Assembly: GCA_964436015.1 (NCBI GenBank)
Contig: CAYTAR010000002.1
Location: 73,521-137,520 of the forward strand
DNA length: 64,000 nucleotides
Source of the DNA: an uncultured Candidatus Saccharibacteria bacterium
GTDB lineage: Bacteria; Patescibacteriota; Minisyncoccia; Phycocordibacterales; GCA-2401445
Direction of reading: 5' to 3'
Below the pieces are notes generated by a model. It did no database searches. It saw nothing but the letters and a program-made list of their open reading frames with translations, and had not been told where the DNA came from. The translations under genes and the position numbers were made by a program. Shown in pieces: positions 11,201 through 19,908 of the stretch (its first letter is position 1; the number at the start of each line of letters is the position of its first letter).

Positions 11201-14200
11201 ATTCAAATCCGACATTCTACGTGTGGAACGGTTCTTCATGGTCAAGTCCAGGCACAATTACTACTGCAACTGGAAGTAGCTGTGAGTGGATACGGCTTGC
11301 ATCAAATCCAGTGTCAGATGAAATAATTATGGTAACGCTTCCTGGGGGTGGAGCTCAATATGAAGCACAAGTATGGAACGGTTCTGTGTGGGGGAATGCA
11401 GTTACGTGGGGAGGAATGAGTGAGGCAAATGAAGGTATCGGTGTTGCGTATCAACCAAATGGAGCACTAGCGGTTGTTACTGTAAACAACGACGGTGCTT
11501 CACCTCCGAGCCGTATGTCATCACGAACATGGAATGGTTCATTTTGGAGCGGTACTACAAATACGAACGTTGGGTATTTTGAACAGGGAAGTTTGGTTGG
11601 AGATGATGGTACAAACAACATGAACCTCTGTTTTGTTAATGACGCAACTACCATTCAGACTATTCCATGGAACGGAACTGCGTGGGGAACGCAAGTCCAA
11701 CTTGATGCGGTAGCGCACGGGAAGGATGATCGTCCAGTTGATTGTGTATATGAAGTAACAAGTGGTAGAGATGGGAATGTAATGGTTGCATATAGTGATG
11801 CCACTGCGGCTAGATTTAGTGTGTTCAGTGGTACATGGTCAACTGAGGCGAGCATTAGTACGATTGGTAGATCGGCAACAATTCAACTTGAGCGTACTGG
11901 AAATGGTTTAATCCTCGGTACATTTTTTGATCACGTTAACGGTCAGTATGATTTTTCATATTGGAATGGTTCAGCGTGGTCAACTGCACAAACGCTTGAA
12001 GCGAGTCCTTCAGTAAGCTCTGCTCCGTTTAAGGAGCCGTTCATGATGGCCGCGAGGGGTCCCGCAACGAGTGGAGTTGTTGCGGTTTCACCGGGTATTG
12101 TGTTTACTGAGGGCACTGGTCCGTATTGGGGAGAAATTACCTTCAATCATACTACACCCGGATCGAGTAATATCGTATATCAAGTACAGTATGCAACAGG
12201 TACCACCTACGCGCTTATTCCAGATGGCGCACTTACTGGAAACTCAACTGGTTTTACGTCTGGTCCAATTGATCTAACTGGCCTTGATATTGAAACATAC
12301 GGCACACTCCGTTTGCGCGCAACACTTACCTGTGATGGAGCGAATTGTCCTACGTTGAATGATTGGACACTGACATGGGCCGAAGGAGCAACTATCTCGG
12401 GTACAATTGCGGAGTACGATGAGGCGACTAATGTAACAAGTGGAACTGTTTCAGTTGCAGTTAATGGTGTATTGCAAACCGGGAAAACTGGCACAATTCA
12501 GGGCGATGGTACTTGGAGTATTGCAAACGTAACACTTTTTGAAAATGATGTCGTTACGGTGTTCGTAAGTGGAGCAACTGATGAAAATAAAGCGGTTGGA
12601 GTGACAAAATATGATGGATCAGGGGATGTAACTGGTATGCAATTGTTTGAACGACACGTAACTATAGGTTCAAATGATGCTCCTCTTATTACGAATGCCG
12701 ATCTGGGACTTTTTGATAGGGAGGTTGCGGGAAATGACTTGTTCCATACGGTTGATGCTTCAAATAACTTTTTTGCAACTTCAACTGGAGCAGGGTTCAA
12801 TGATGTGGTGCTCTTCATTGGTACTGGTGCAACATATCAGCCAGATAGTGCGTCCAGTGGTGATGTCGCTACTCACGATATTGTAGTCGAGGGGACTTTC
12901 GTGGGAAATGGAAATACTATTTCACTTTCGGGTTCTTGGGTAAATAGTGGAACATTTACTGCGGGAACGAGTCACGTAATCTTCACCGCAACTACTGGAG
13001 CTGAATCTCTTGATGGAACAGGGGCAAGTGTGAATGATTTCTATAGAGTTACATTTGGGCAGACAACAGGAAGTGCAACATGGGCACTTGAAACACCTTT
13101 GGTTGTTACAAACAATACAGCAATAGATTATGGAACGCTTTCTCCAGGGACACAACCTCTTTTACTGGGGGGTAATCTTGCGCTTGGCGTGAATGGAATA
13201 TTCACAAAAGGAAGTGCCACAACAACATTCAACGGAACAGGTAGTAGTAGTTGGACAGATTTATCTGCTTCAAAACAAGATTTGGGAATTGTGGTAGTTG
13301 ATGGAACAAGCAAGACAGTAACTCTCGGTTCAAATGTGCGAGCTACAAATATTATTATTGGTTCGAATGATACGTTTGATGTAACCACAGGGAACTATAC
13401 GGTATTTGTTGAAGGTTCGTGGACAAACAACAATGTCTTTCTCTCACGTCAAGGAGGTGTAAATTTTTCCGGTTCTGTAACAAATACCCCTATTCAGTCC
13501 GGATCATCATCATTCTACAATCTTTCATTTAGTGGTACAGGCTCTTGGTTGTTTACCCCAACTACAGTTACCGTGACGAACGACTTTAGTGTTTCTAATG
13601 GAGCAGTAACACTCCCTAGTGGGACGACAACGGTTAATGGTTCATTTTCAGTTACCGGCAGTGGTTCATTTATAAGTAATACCGGCACGGTCGCTTTTGC
13701 TGGAACAGGATCTGGAAAAACAATCAGTCAGAATGGTTCAGATTTCTATAATCTTTCATTCACCGGAAGTGGGGCGTGGTCATTTACAGAAACACACGCA
13801 ACAACAACAAACAATGTTAGGGTTACCGCTGGTTCAGTTTCTGCGCCCTCTGGCGTGTTCGCAATTGGAGGATCGTTTACCAATAGTAGTACCTTTACTC
13901 ACAACAGCGGAACACTTCGTTTCTTCTCAAGTTCACAAGGAAGAAGCGTGAATCCCGGGTCCTCTTCAATTAACAATATTATTTTTGATGGAGTAGGAGG
14001 CGGATGGAGTTTACCACCAGCGTCAAACGTAACTGTGCTTGGTGATTTCACTATTATTTCAGGAATAGCTACTGGAACAGCAGGTACTCTTTCGGTTGGA
14101 GGTTCGTGGTATGTGGACTCACTATTGGGAACATTTAATCATTCCAATGGTACCGTATTGTTTAACTCATCTGATACGGGCGAAATTGTAGAATCTGGAG

Positions 14201-17200
14201 ATTCTCCATTTTCAACCATTACGTTTAGTAGTAGTGGCGGAGGGTGGACGGTTGCAGAAAACGCAACCGCAACGGTGGCATGGAATTTAACAAATGCTGC
14301 TTCATTTACGGTACAATCAGGAGTGACAATTGATATTTTAGGAATATTTTCACATAGTATTGCGTCCTCTTCAACAACGTGGACCGGGTCAACACTTAAA
14401 CTAAATTCAGGAGGAAGTGTTTCCCTCAATACAAAAACATCTTCAGGTGATACGTACGGCACCCTTTTGGTTGGAAGTGGCACCCGTGCGTCCATGTGGA
14501 ATTCTGACGCAGTTGCGGTTATTACAAACACAAATAGTTCTCTCTACTCCCAAGATCATGCAAGCGTGAATGGAAGTCTAGCAATTTTTGGTGATTATGT
14601 TCGCACTAGTGGTACTGAACACTGGTCGTATGCAACTGATTTTGATGGTACGAGTTTAACTGGAGGAAATGAGCGTTCTGTTACGGTTGCTTTTGCACCA
14701 AATGCTACAGGAACAATATCAAACGCAACGCTTTCTGTAGTGGGGGAAGAGAGCGCAACAACAACTATCACCAACCAAGGAAGTGGAACGTATGGTTTGC
14801 GAGTGATCAATGGAACAACCACTGCTGAGTACTATGCGGTACGTAATACTAATACTGACGGTTTTGTTATCACAGGAAATTCAGTAGTTACTTCACTCTC
14901 TGATGGAGACTTTGAATTAGGTGTAGATGGGGGTAGCATGCTCACAGTCTCATCTTCTACTATTGGTATAAATCCAGTACTTCAAGTATTCAGAACACGC
15001 TTTGCGACATCAACTGGTGTAACGAGTGGTTTCAACGTAACGGCAACAGGAACACCGACTTCATATTGGTGGTTTAGAGAACACTATGGTAACTATGATG
15101 GAGAAGCGCATGACAGTGACCCAGGTGGAAATCCAGGAGACATTTGGTGGGATGACAGTAATTTAACTATTACTATTTCAGGCATCGTGTATGAAGAGGA
15201 TAGAATAACTCCGCTTGGTGGACCAACGTGTAACGGAAGTACTGAAATTGTTACAGTATACGTTCCAAATAGTGGGACATTTACTGCAAGTTGTAATAGT
15301 GGAACGGGAGCATTCAGTATTCCAGATGTCTCATTCAATGGGGATGTGTTGATGACTGTGTACTTAGACACCAATGGTGGAGCAAAAGCGGTAACCGTAC
15401 TTAAAACACCGAGTGCTAATGTTACTGATCTTGCGTTGTATCAAAATTGGCTTACAGTGAGAAATGAAGACGTAGGTCCAGTAACCATTCTTGATTTAAC
15501 TACATTCGATTCAAACAACGATGGTGATATTTTCTATACTGCAGAGGATAGCTCTCCTGATACATTGACACTGTCTCCTGAGTTTGGTGTGTATATTCCT
15601 TCTGGTAAAACATTTGCGCCGGGAGGGAATATCACTCTTTCTTCAGGAGGAGTTGGTTCGATAGACGGAACTCTTGAACTCGGTCCAAGTGCTCGTCTTA
15701 CACTTGCGAATGGACAGAGTCATGCTATTGGAGGAAGTTTTATAGTTGGTACTAATGCCACCGCAACTATTGCAAGTTCTACACTAGCCTTTACCGCAAC
15801 CACATCAGGAAAAATTATTACCCCGAACGGTTCAAGTTTGTATAATGTGTCTTTCCTCGGGTCAGGGGGCGGATGGATCCTCGGTACATCAACTATTACC
15901 GGCGATTTTGTACTCGATGCAGGCGTTGTGTCTGGGGTATCAAATGTGGCAGTTACAAGTGGAGATATTACTGGAGACGGTGAACTCGCTTTTACAGATG
16001 GAATATTTACGTTAAGCGGAGCAGGGCAGTTTGGTGGAAGTCAGCCGTGGCTGTTTGCAGGTCTTACGCTTGGCAATGGTGCTACAGTAGCAACAACCAC
16101 CAAATATGGAAATAATACCATTTCAGCACGTACGCTTACGGTGGGTGCTAATCATGTATTAGATGCAGGAGACGACACGTGGACACTTTCAGGATCAGGA
16201 GCTCCGCTTGTTACAACCGGAACATTGAATGCAAGCACTTCATCTTTTATCTACACCGGTACTAGTGCAACTGCAATTTCTGCTGAAGATTATTACAATG
16301 TATCTTTTGCTCCACAGTCAGGCTCTCCTACATATACTACCGCTTCGGGAAATATTTCAGCCTACAATATTACCGTAGGGAATGGCACAGATGCGGTTTC
16401 TGTTAATGCAAATACCAACGACCCAATAATTTCAGTAGCAAATAACTTTACTATTTCAGACGGAGCGACCTTTATTGCTTCCAATAGTTCTGATTTGGTA
16501 ATTGCGGGAAGTTATGAAAATAATGGAACATTTACGCACTCATCTGGTACGGTGCGGTTTAATGCTTCTAATACCGGAGAGAACATATCAGCTGGTGCTT
16601 CATCTTTCGGCACGGTGGTGCTTAACAATTCACTCGGTGGGTGGACGGTTACTGAAAATGCCACCACAACTGGTGCATTTATTCTTGCGTCCAGCTCAAG
16701 TTTTACTTTGGCGGATGGTGTAACTCTTACCGTAGGTGGTGTGTTTGAAAATTCAGTGTTAGGTTCCGGGACTACCTGGTCAGGTTCTGTGTTGCGTTTA
16801 AATGGAGGAGGAAGTTTCAGTATAAACAGCGCAACAAGTTCTGGAGATACATATGGAATTCTTGAGGTAACTAATGGAACTGATATCCGCATGTGGTCAT
16901 CATCCGCAGGAACCACTACCGTGGCGTCTACCGCATCACTCTACTCACAAGACCACAGTGGTGTAGATGGAAGCCTCTACATTTGGGGAGACTACGCGAG
17001 AACTACGGGAACTGACTACTGGAGCTACGCAACTGATTTTGACGGAACAAGTCTCACTGGAGGAAATGAACGACAGGTGAATGTCCGTTTCGCACCAAAT
17101 GCAACCACTACTCTTTCAGGTGGAAGTTTGCAGATTGTGGGAACATCAACTGCAACAACTACCATAGACAGACAGTCTACTGGTACGTACGCGCTACGCA

Positions 17201-19848
17201 TTACCGGAGGAACACTCAATGCAAATAGGTATCAAATTAGAAATATTGATAGTTCTGGATTGACGTTGAGTGGTACACCAACCGTGACAAGTCTTTCAAA
17301 TGGAGATTATGAGCTCAGTAATGAGGGAGGGACAATGATTTCCGTTTCTTCTACCACGATTGATTTTAATCCAACACTCACTATAAGTGCGGTTCGTTTT
17401 GCAACCAGCACCGGAATTACTAGTGGCTTTAACGTTACGCGCATAGGCACCCCAATAAACGCGTGGACATTTGCAGGACATAGTGGAAATTTTGACGGCG
17501 AATCATATGACGATGATGGGGGAGATGCGTGCGGATATATACGTTGGAGTGACAGTGTGTGTCTCTTCGTGAGCCAAGATGCGTATCGATTTAGAAATGA
17601 TAATGGTGGGGAAGGAGTTCCGGTGGATGAGTGGTTTGATGCAGACTGGGGTAAGCGTGTAGGGGTGCACATTTCAAATGCATCCACTTCCGCGCTTACC
17701 AACCAACAAATACTGATAGAGTTACCTAAGGCTGCGAGCATGCAAAGTGATTACGGTGATTTGCGTTTTACTGATAGCTCTGGAACAACCACTATTGATT
17801 ACTGGATTGAACGTTACACCACATCTACTTCCACCGTATGGGTAGAGGTTCCGTATATTCCTGCTGAAGAATCTACATATATCTACGCATACTATGATAC
17901 TGTTGCAACACTCACCACAACTGGAGTTGCCACATCAACGTTTGTGGTCTATGACGGCTTTGAAGATAATAATATTAGCGAGTATTCCGGTGATACTTCT
18001 ATGTTTGCAGTCTCAGCAACATTTGATTTTGAGGGAAATTATGGACTAACTTCGTCACCAGGAAACGAAGATCAAAGGACCACGGATGGTATATATCGTA
18101 CCGGAGCTGGTAGCACGATATCGCAAGGTCAGACAATTCAATTTGCTCAGTATATCGATACTTCTCTTGGTTTTCAAGATGAACCGTGTATGTTGTTTGG
18201 GGTTCAGACACCAGGTTCAAACAATCAAAATTATGCTGCGTGTTTGGATGTGTTCGGAGATTCTGTTGTTATTGCTAAGGACGTTTCTTCAAACGATAGT
18301 TCTGGAACAACGCTCGCAAGTGATACGTCTGTAGGTTTTTCAAGTGGTTGGTATACGGTTGAAATTGATTGGTTAACAAGTGGTATCATTGCAGTGCGTG
18401 TGTACGATGACAGTGGAGCGCTTTTCTCAGAAGTAAGTACAAACGATGCGAGTTATAGTTCGGGAGGTTATGGATTTGGTTATTGGCTTCAATATGGTGG
18501 TTGGGATTATGTGAGCGCACAATACTACATAGCAATTCCGCTTACATACTCTTTTGGTTTAGAGCAAGTTGGAGGTGGGGCCACATGGAGTAGTGCTGAA
18601 AACACACCACTTACCGGACAAACCACTGATGAGGACATTAGACTTAGATTCCTCGTGAAAAATTCAGGACCTGGAATTACAGATCAAAACTTTAGGTTAC
18701 AAATTGCACCGAAAACAGGATATGGTAGCTGTGCTTCAGTTCCATACAATTTATATGAAGATGTTCCGGTGAGCGGTAGTTGTGGCAATTCAGCCGCGTG
18801 TATGTCTACTTCAAGCGAGGTGGTTGATGGTGCGTTGACGTCTCAACTTCTTTCAGTTCCAGAAAACTCATCATTTATTCAAGGTAATTTTGTTGAAAGC
18901 CCATCAAACCAAACAAGTGCGATTGATATTGATACAAATGAATATACTGAAATAGAGTATATATTTGGTCTGACAAATTATGCAATTGATTCAGCATATT
19001 GTTTCCGAACAACTGATTCGGGTGTCCCCCTTGATAATTACGCACATGTTGCAGAAATAAGTTTAATATTCCCACCAACAATAACAAACTTTAACCTCAA
19101 TAACACACAAGCAATTGAGCTTTTGAATGGCACAACTACAACAGTGTATGCAACAGGAACCGCTATTGATTTGAATGGTTTTTCAGATTTCCTATTTGCG
19201 ACATCTACCATATACAGAACAGGAGTAGGTCCGTCATGTACTCCTAATGATAATTCATGCTATCAGATTGCAAGTACTTCATGTTCATTTACCAACTGTT
19301 CCGGAAATAGTTGTGAGGTAATTTGTGGCGCAGATATTGCATTTTTTGCAGATCCAACTGATGGTGGTGCGTTTATAGGTGAAGAATGGGAGGCACAGAT
19401 TACGATCGTGGATCAAAGCGGCTATAGGGATACAGGGGTGACCATGGGAGTTGAGTTGGGAACACTGCGAGCACTTGCTGTTGAAAATGAAATCGATTAT
19501 GGGGAACTTGAAGTGGCGAGTGATACAGGAGCGACGAATGCAACAAGTACGGTAATAAATAAAGGAAATGATTATATTGATGTTGACGTGTACGGAACCG
19601 ACCTAGTGGGAAATGCAAGTACTATTACAGTTGATAATCAGAAGTTTGCTACATCAACTTTCTCATATACCGCGTGCGCCTTCTGTCCTTTTCTTGATAG
19701 CAATCCAGTACCTGTTGGAGTAAACCTCATTAAGCCGACATCATATACTCCAATTGAAACTGATATATATTGGGGAATTCAAGTTCCACTTGGCACTGCT
19801 GGGGTTCCTCATTACGGACAGACCACATTTGAAGCTGCTGGAATATAG
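5293..19848 (+). CDS. Giant (4851 aa) secreted/surface protein with multiple repeat modules
   Basis: A single uninterrupted ORF with a signal peptide (MRLFNVTKKVAVISGALSLSLFVLTGSMYL).
- Three phage tail-collar-like repeats (GxxTHTHTVS...HTH) lie at about 8100-9010.
- FN3-like YWWRVRAWDP and YWWRARAKDP modules lie at about 9880 and 10680.
- A duplicated module sits near 10190-10390 and again near 12180-12380.
- A ~1-kb internal duplication spans 14161-15160 and 16558-17560.
- A DUF2341-like segment (GDLRFTDSSGTTTIDYWIERY...VWVEVPYIP...IYAYY) and a LamG-like segment lie at about 17730-18550.
- The C-terminal domain ends IYWGIQVP. Confidence 0.7.
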   Translation: MRLFNVTKKVAVISGALSLSLFVLTGSMYLRSANAEPVVEGSVYLLPTEVSGSGWQNISTIGTQDVSGDALFSSFNVKNSSFIIFKNGAYKEEEVLPSVEELNVVTEVVTENNEEEGGGKSVEVNEIEDESIPYATSTEVMGEVETLVSTSTSDTVVEVSGEEYVDQENTTSSTTQNIDINNLLSEEVLEEAEETINTSTVSDFEQIESGETSLPSEEESGVEESAPAPVTRFFDAVKRVLFSLIPDAVFADEISTTTQTSTLEVLSDLSVFGESSSTASVVTEVTQIFNEIKVPERVIPPVERVAVDSVPPVVTVLGNNPAVIPLGATYNDLGASVTDNVNNNLGVKVFLDNEEVKRSVSIDTTTPGKYRIMYQATDQAGNVGNAVRMVYVGIEPDNTDEVLEMVVSDAQETFTCIEGDMCTSNVLEVGGFGVGADAFSGAIETAQLRISAGGKVYYRDEETKPLKLNIQYFYEDSWIDAGSIILDEEVSNALNGGYFLYALPIFESWDALSDFRVRVRYDHPKTLEGEVYIDSIWVEIFSGEGSGGEDGRVTKEEAKKIEIAKRVKSPKLNSVIKGKSFFEVSESPEFEFEYTLQRSKLSRFVRGLFTDGPKYRVGLIEVKTASGQGVHMPISVRYGGDERWRLLIEKNQASMHPGKYEVSVTIHEGSKTFTDSFEFYWGVLTVNTNKSIYVEGETVQFSMAALTDNGHTMCDADLRLTVLDPEGSEVSVPVQQSGLCDGNNVVDVPDYFGEMSVGGVGEYSVLLERYDELGSLVIQTHDIFQVKEFVSFDVERTGPTRIYPPAPYTMKLSFTAYESFSGIVTETLPKGFVVEESDGGIVSITENAVEISWPVSVRAGEYVEKSYQFDAPDISPYIFELGPLVFKKQGVSIVMQDTPDCIEENCVQFGEDEIVFEEIRTWKIASDAVGRMLILWDGGAAPSGWECVSCTGGDPFYQRFIRGEATYGATGGSATHTHTVSTAIGGPSASTGQTPGGTTVSGSGHTHTLTPTIGTGSNLPEYRQLRVLRSTSAGTPATLPAGAIVFFTDTVPAGWTRYSAQDGRFVRGENTVTTTGGSNTHTHAISGTTGAASGDTYGTQSGQTRADVAQANHTHTVSGTTNAGTNVPPYIETILGKINAEGSLPIGMLAMWDEDVPVGWNHMSESGDPFYQRFILPSATYGTTGGTSTHSHANQDIVSSVPAQVTTARAVGNVSSADHTHIVSLTNYSSQNHLPPYINVVIAEFLGTDPVFSQALFRWYTNTNAETPTDAWPSGGTLNIIENEPITSTSTPLKPNDVVRLRMSVGVSNATSTAGSVDFKLQYGQGSSCGAVATWSDVGEISSSTPWRGYNNASVLDGATLSSTTLSLSTVFGSYEEENNSTTTPNEAGVGEYIEFDWVLQHNNATSGVEYCFRMVEGDGTPFLTYSTYPKLQTNSAPETSTLTRLFDNEKVASTTPHFWFVSTDDENNTLYYQIQIDEAPDFASTVVDKNSQAHGSLFTNLVSPTQKEPYTQGNTVRFIPDVSLTNNTTYWWRVRAWDPTGSTNYSEWSNPQSFTVDVTVVESTWFQTTEEQFDTNTLSGVYTPGIDAVELNVGSTTGAMYSSLIEFSSGTYGNIWEEFSFNDVETTGSISYQIEYQTATGTALIPNSVLPGNSTGFGTSPVSLAGVDPELYDTLRIVANFTNSGGSPRLLDWTLTWGTKIDAPTHLLPFANERFPTTTPTFTFVTTDPQSDDLQYEISWSTDNTFTSSTTRNSLNHSGFRNSENAGDTNPFNSGDVVAFTIQPADALTASTTYWWRARAKDPNGGNSFSDWSEPKSFTHNYNDIVSTWFQTTDEQFSTNVLSGTRITGSDALTVATTSIEAMIAYGEAAVTTPRYRIWDGASWSTEGSALTVGAQINWVVLKEAPTREEYILGTLGTDSDVNVQIYSEGVWGNLFEVTPSISNANKRGFDIAYESLSGDAMVVTCDGDSNPTFYVWNGSSWSSPGTITTATGSSCEWIRLASNPVSDEIIMVTLPGGGAQYEAQVWNGSVWGNAVTWGGMSEANEGIGVAYQPNGALAVVTVNNDGASPPSRMSSRTWNGSFWSGTTNTNVGYFEQGSLVGDDGTNNMNLCFVNDATTIQTIPWNGTAWGTQVQLDAVAHGKDDRPVDCVYEVTSGRDGNVMVAYSDATAARFSVFSGTWSTEASISTIGRSATIQLERTGNGLILGTFFDHVNGQYDFSYWNGSAWSTAQTLEASPSVSSAPFKEPFMMAARGPATSGVVAVSPGIVFTEGTGPYWGEITFNHTTPGSSNIVYQVQYATGTTYALIPDGALTGNSTGFTSGPIDLTGLDIETYGTLRLRATLTCDGANCPTLNDWTLTWAEGATISGTIAEYDEATNVTSGTVSVAVNGVLQTGKTGTIQGDGTWSIANVTLFENDVVTVFVSGATDENKAVGVTKYDGSGDVTGMQLFERHVTIGSNDAPLITNADLGLFDREVAGNDLFHTVDASNNFFATSTGAGFNDVVLFIGTGATYQPDSASSGDVATHDIVVEGTFVGNGNTISLSGSWVNSGTFTAGTSHVIFTATTGAESLDGTGASVNDFYRVTFGQTTGSATWALETPLVVTNNTAIDYGTLSPGTQPLLLGGNLALGVNGIFTKGSATTTFNGTGSSSWTDLSASKQDLGIVVVDGTSKTVTLGSNVRATNIIIGSNDTFDVTTGNYTVFVEGSWTNNNVFLSRQGGVNFSGSVTNTPIQSGSSSFYNLSFSGTGSWLFTPTTVTVTNDFSVSNGAVTLPSGTTTVNGSFSVTGSGSFISNTGTVAFAGTGSGKTISQNGSDFYNLSFTGSGAWSFTETHATTTNNVRVTAGSVSAPSGVFAIGGSFTNSSTFTHNSGTLRFFSSSQGRSVNPGSSSINNIIFDGVGGGWSLPPASNVTVLGDFTIISGIATGTAGTLSVGGSWYVDSLLGTFNHSNGTVLFNSSDTGEIVESGDSPFSTITFSSSGGGWTVAENATATVAWNLTNAASFTVQSGVTIDILGIFSHSIASSSTTWTGSTLKLNSGGSVSLNTKTSSGDTYGTLLVGSGTRASMWNSDAVAVITNTNSSLYSQDHASVNGSLAIFGDYVRTSGTEHWSYATDFDGTSLTGGNERSVTVAFAPNATGTISNATLSVVGEESATTTITNQGSGTYGLRVINGTTTAEYYAVRNTNTDGFVITGNSVVTSLSDGDFELGVDGGSMLTVSSSTIGINPVLQVFRTRFATSTGVTSGFNVTATGTPTSYWWFREHYGNYDGEAHDSDPGGNPGDIWWDDSNLTITISGIVYEEDRITPLGGPTCNGSTEIVTVYVPNSGTFTASCNSGTGAFSIPDVSFNGDVLMTVYLDTNGGAKAVTVLKTPSANVTDLALYQNWLTVRNEDVGPVTILDLTTFDSNNDGDIFYTAEDSSPDTLTLSPEFGVYIPSGKTFAPGGNITLSSGGVGSIDGTLELGPSARLTLANGQSHAIGGSFIVGTNATATIASSTLAFTATTSGKIITPNGSSLYNVSFLGSGGGWILGTSTITGDFVLDAGVVSGVSNVAVTSGDITGDGELAFTDGIFTLSGAGQFGGSQPWLFAGLTLGNGATVATTTKYGNNTISARTLTVGANHVLDAGDDTWTLSGSGAPLVTTGTLNASTSSFIYTGTSATAISAEDYYNVSFAPQSGSPTYTTASGNISAYNITVGNGTDAVSVNANTNDPIISVANNFTISDGATFIASNSSDLVIAGSYENNGTFTHSSGTVRFNASNTGENISAGASSFGTVVLNNSLGGWTVTENATTTGAFILASSSSFTLADGVTLTVGGVFENSVLGSGTTWSGSVLRLNGGGSFSINSATSSGDTYGILEVTNGTDIRMWSSSAGTTTVASTASLYSQDHSGVDGSLYIWGDYARTTGTDYWSYATDFDGTSLTGGNERQVNVRFAPNATTTLSGGSLQIVGTSTATTTIDRQSTGTYALRITGGTLNANRYQIRNIDSSGLTLSGTPTVTSLSNGDYELSNEGGTMISVSSTTIDFNPTLTISAVRFATSTGITSGFNVTRIGTPINAWTFAGHSGNFDGESYDDDGGDACGYIRWSDSVCLFVSQDAYRFRNDNGGEGVPVDEWFDADWGKRVGVHISNASTSALTNQQILIELPKAASMQSDYGDLRFTDSSGTTTIDYWIERYTTSTSTVWVEVPYIPAEESTYIYAYYDTVATLTTTGVATSTFVVYDGFEDNNISEYSGDTSMFAVSATFDFEGNYGLTSSPGNEDQRTTDGIYRTGAGSTISQGQTIQFAQYIDTSLGFQDEPCMLFGVQTPGSNNQNYAACLDVFGDSVVIAKDVSSNDSSGTTLASDTSVGFSSGWYTVEIDWLTSGIIAVRVYDDSGALFSEVSTNDASYSSGGYGFGYWLQYGGWDYVSAQYYIAIPLTYSFGLEQVGGGATWSSAENTPLTGQTTDEDIRLRFLVKNSGPGITDQNFRLQIAPKTGYGSCASVPYNLYEDVPVSGSCGNSAACMSTSSEVVDGALTSQLLSVPENSSFIQGNFVESPSNQTSAIDIDTNEYTEIEYIFGLTNYAIDSAYCFRTTDSGVPLDNYAHVAEISLIFPPTITNFNLNNTQAIELLNGTTTTVYATGTAIDLNGFSDFLFATSTIYRTGVGPSCTPNDNSCYQIASTSCSFTNCSGNSCEVICGADIAFFADPTDGGAFIGEEWEAQITIVDQSGYRDTGVTMGVELGTLRALAVENEIDYGELEVASDTGATNATSTVINKGNDYIDVDVYGTDLVGNASTITVDNQKFATSTFSYTACAFCPFLDSNPVPVGVNLIKPTSYTPIETDIYWGIQVPLGTAGVPHYGQTTFEAAGI

Positions 19849-19908
19849 CTTGTATTTTATCTACAGCGAATCACGTTATGAAATACCTTGCGTGATATAC
19901 TGTACTTG

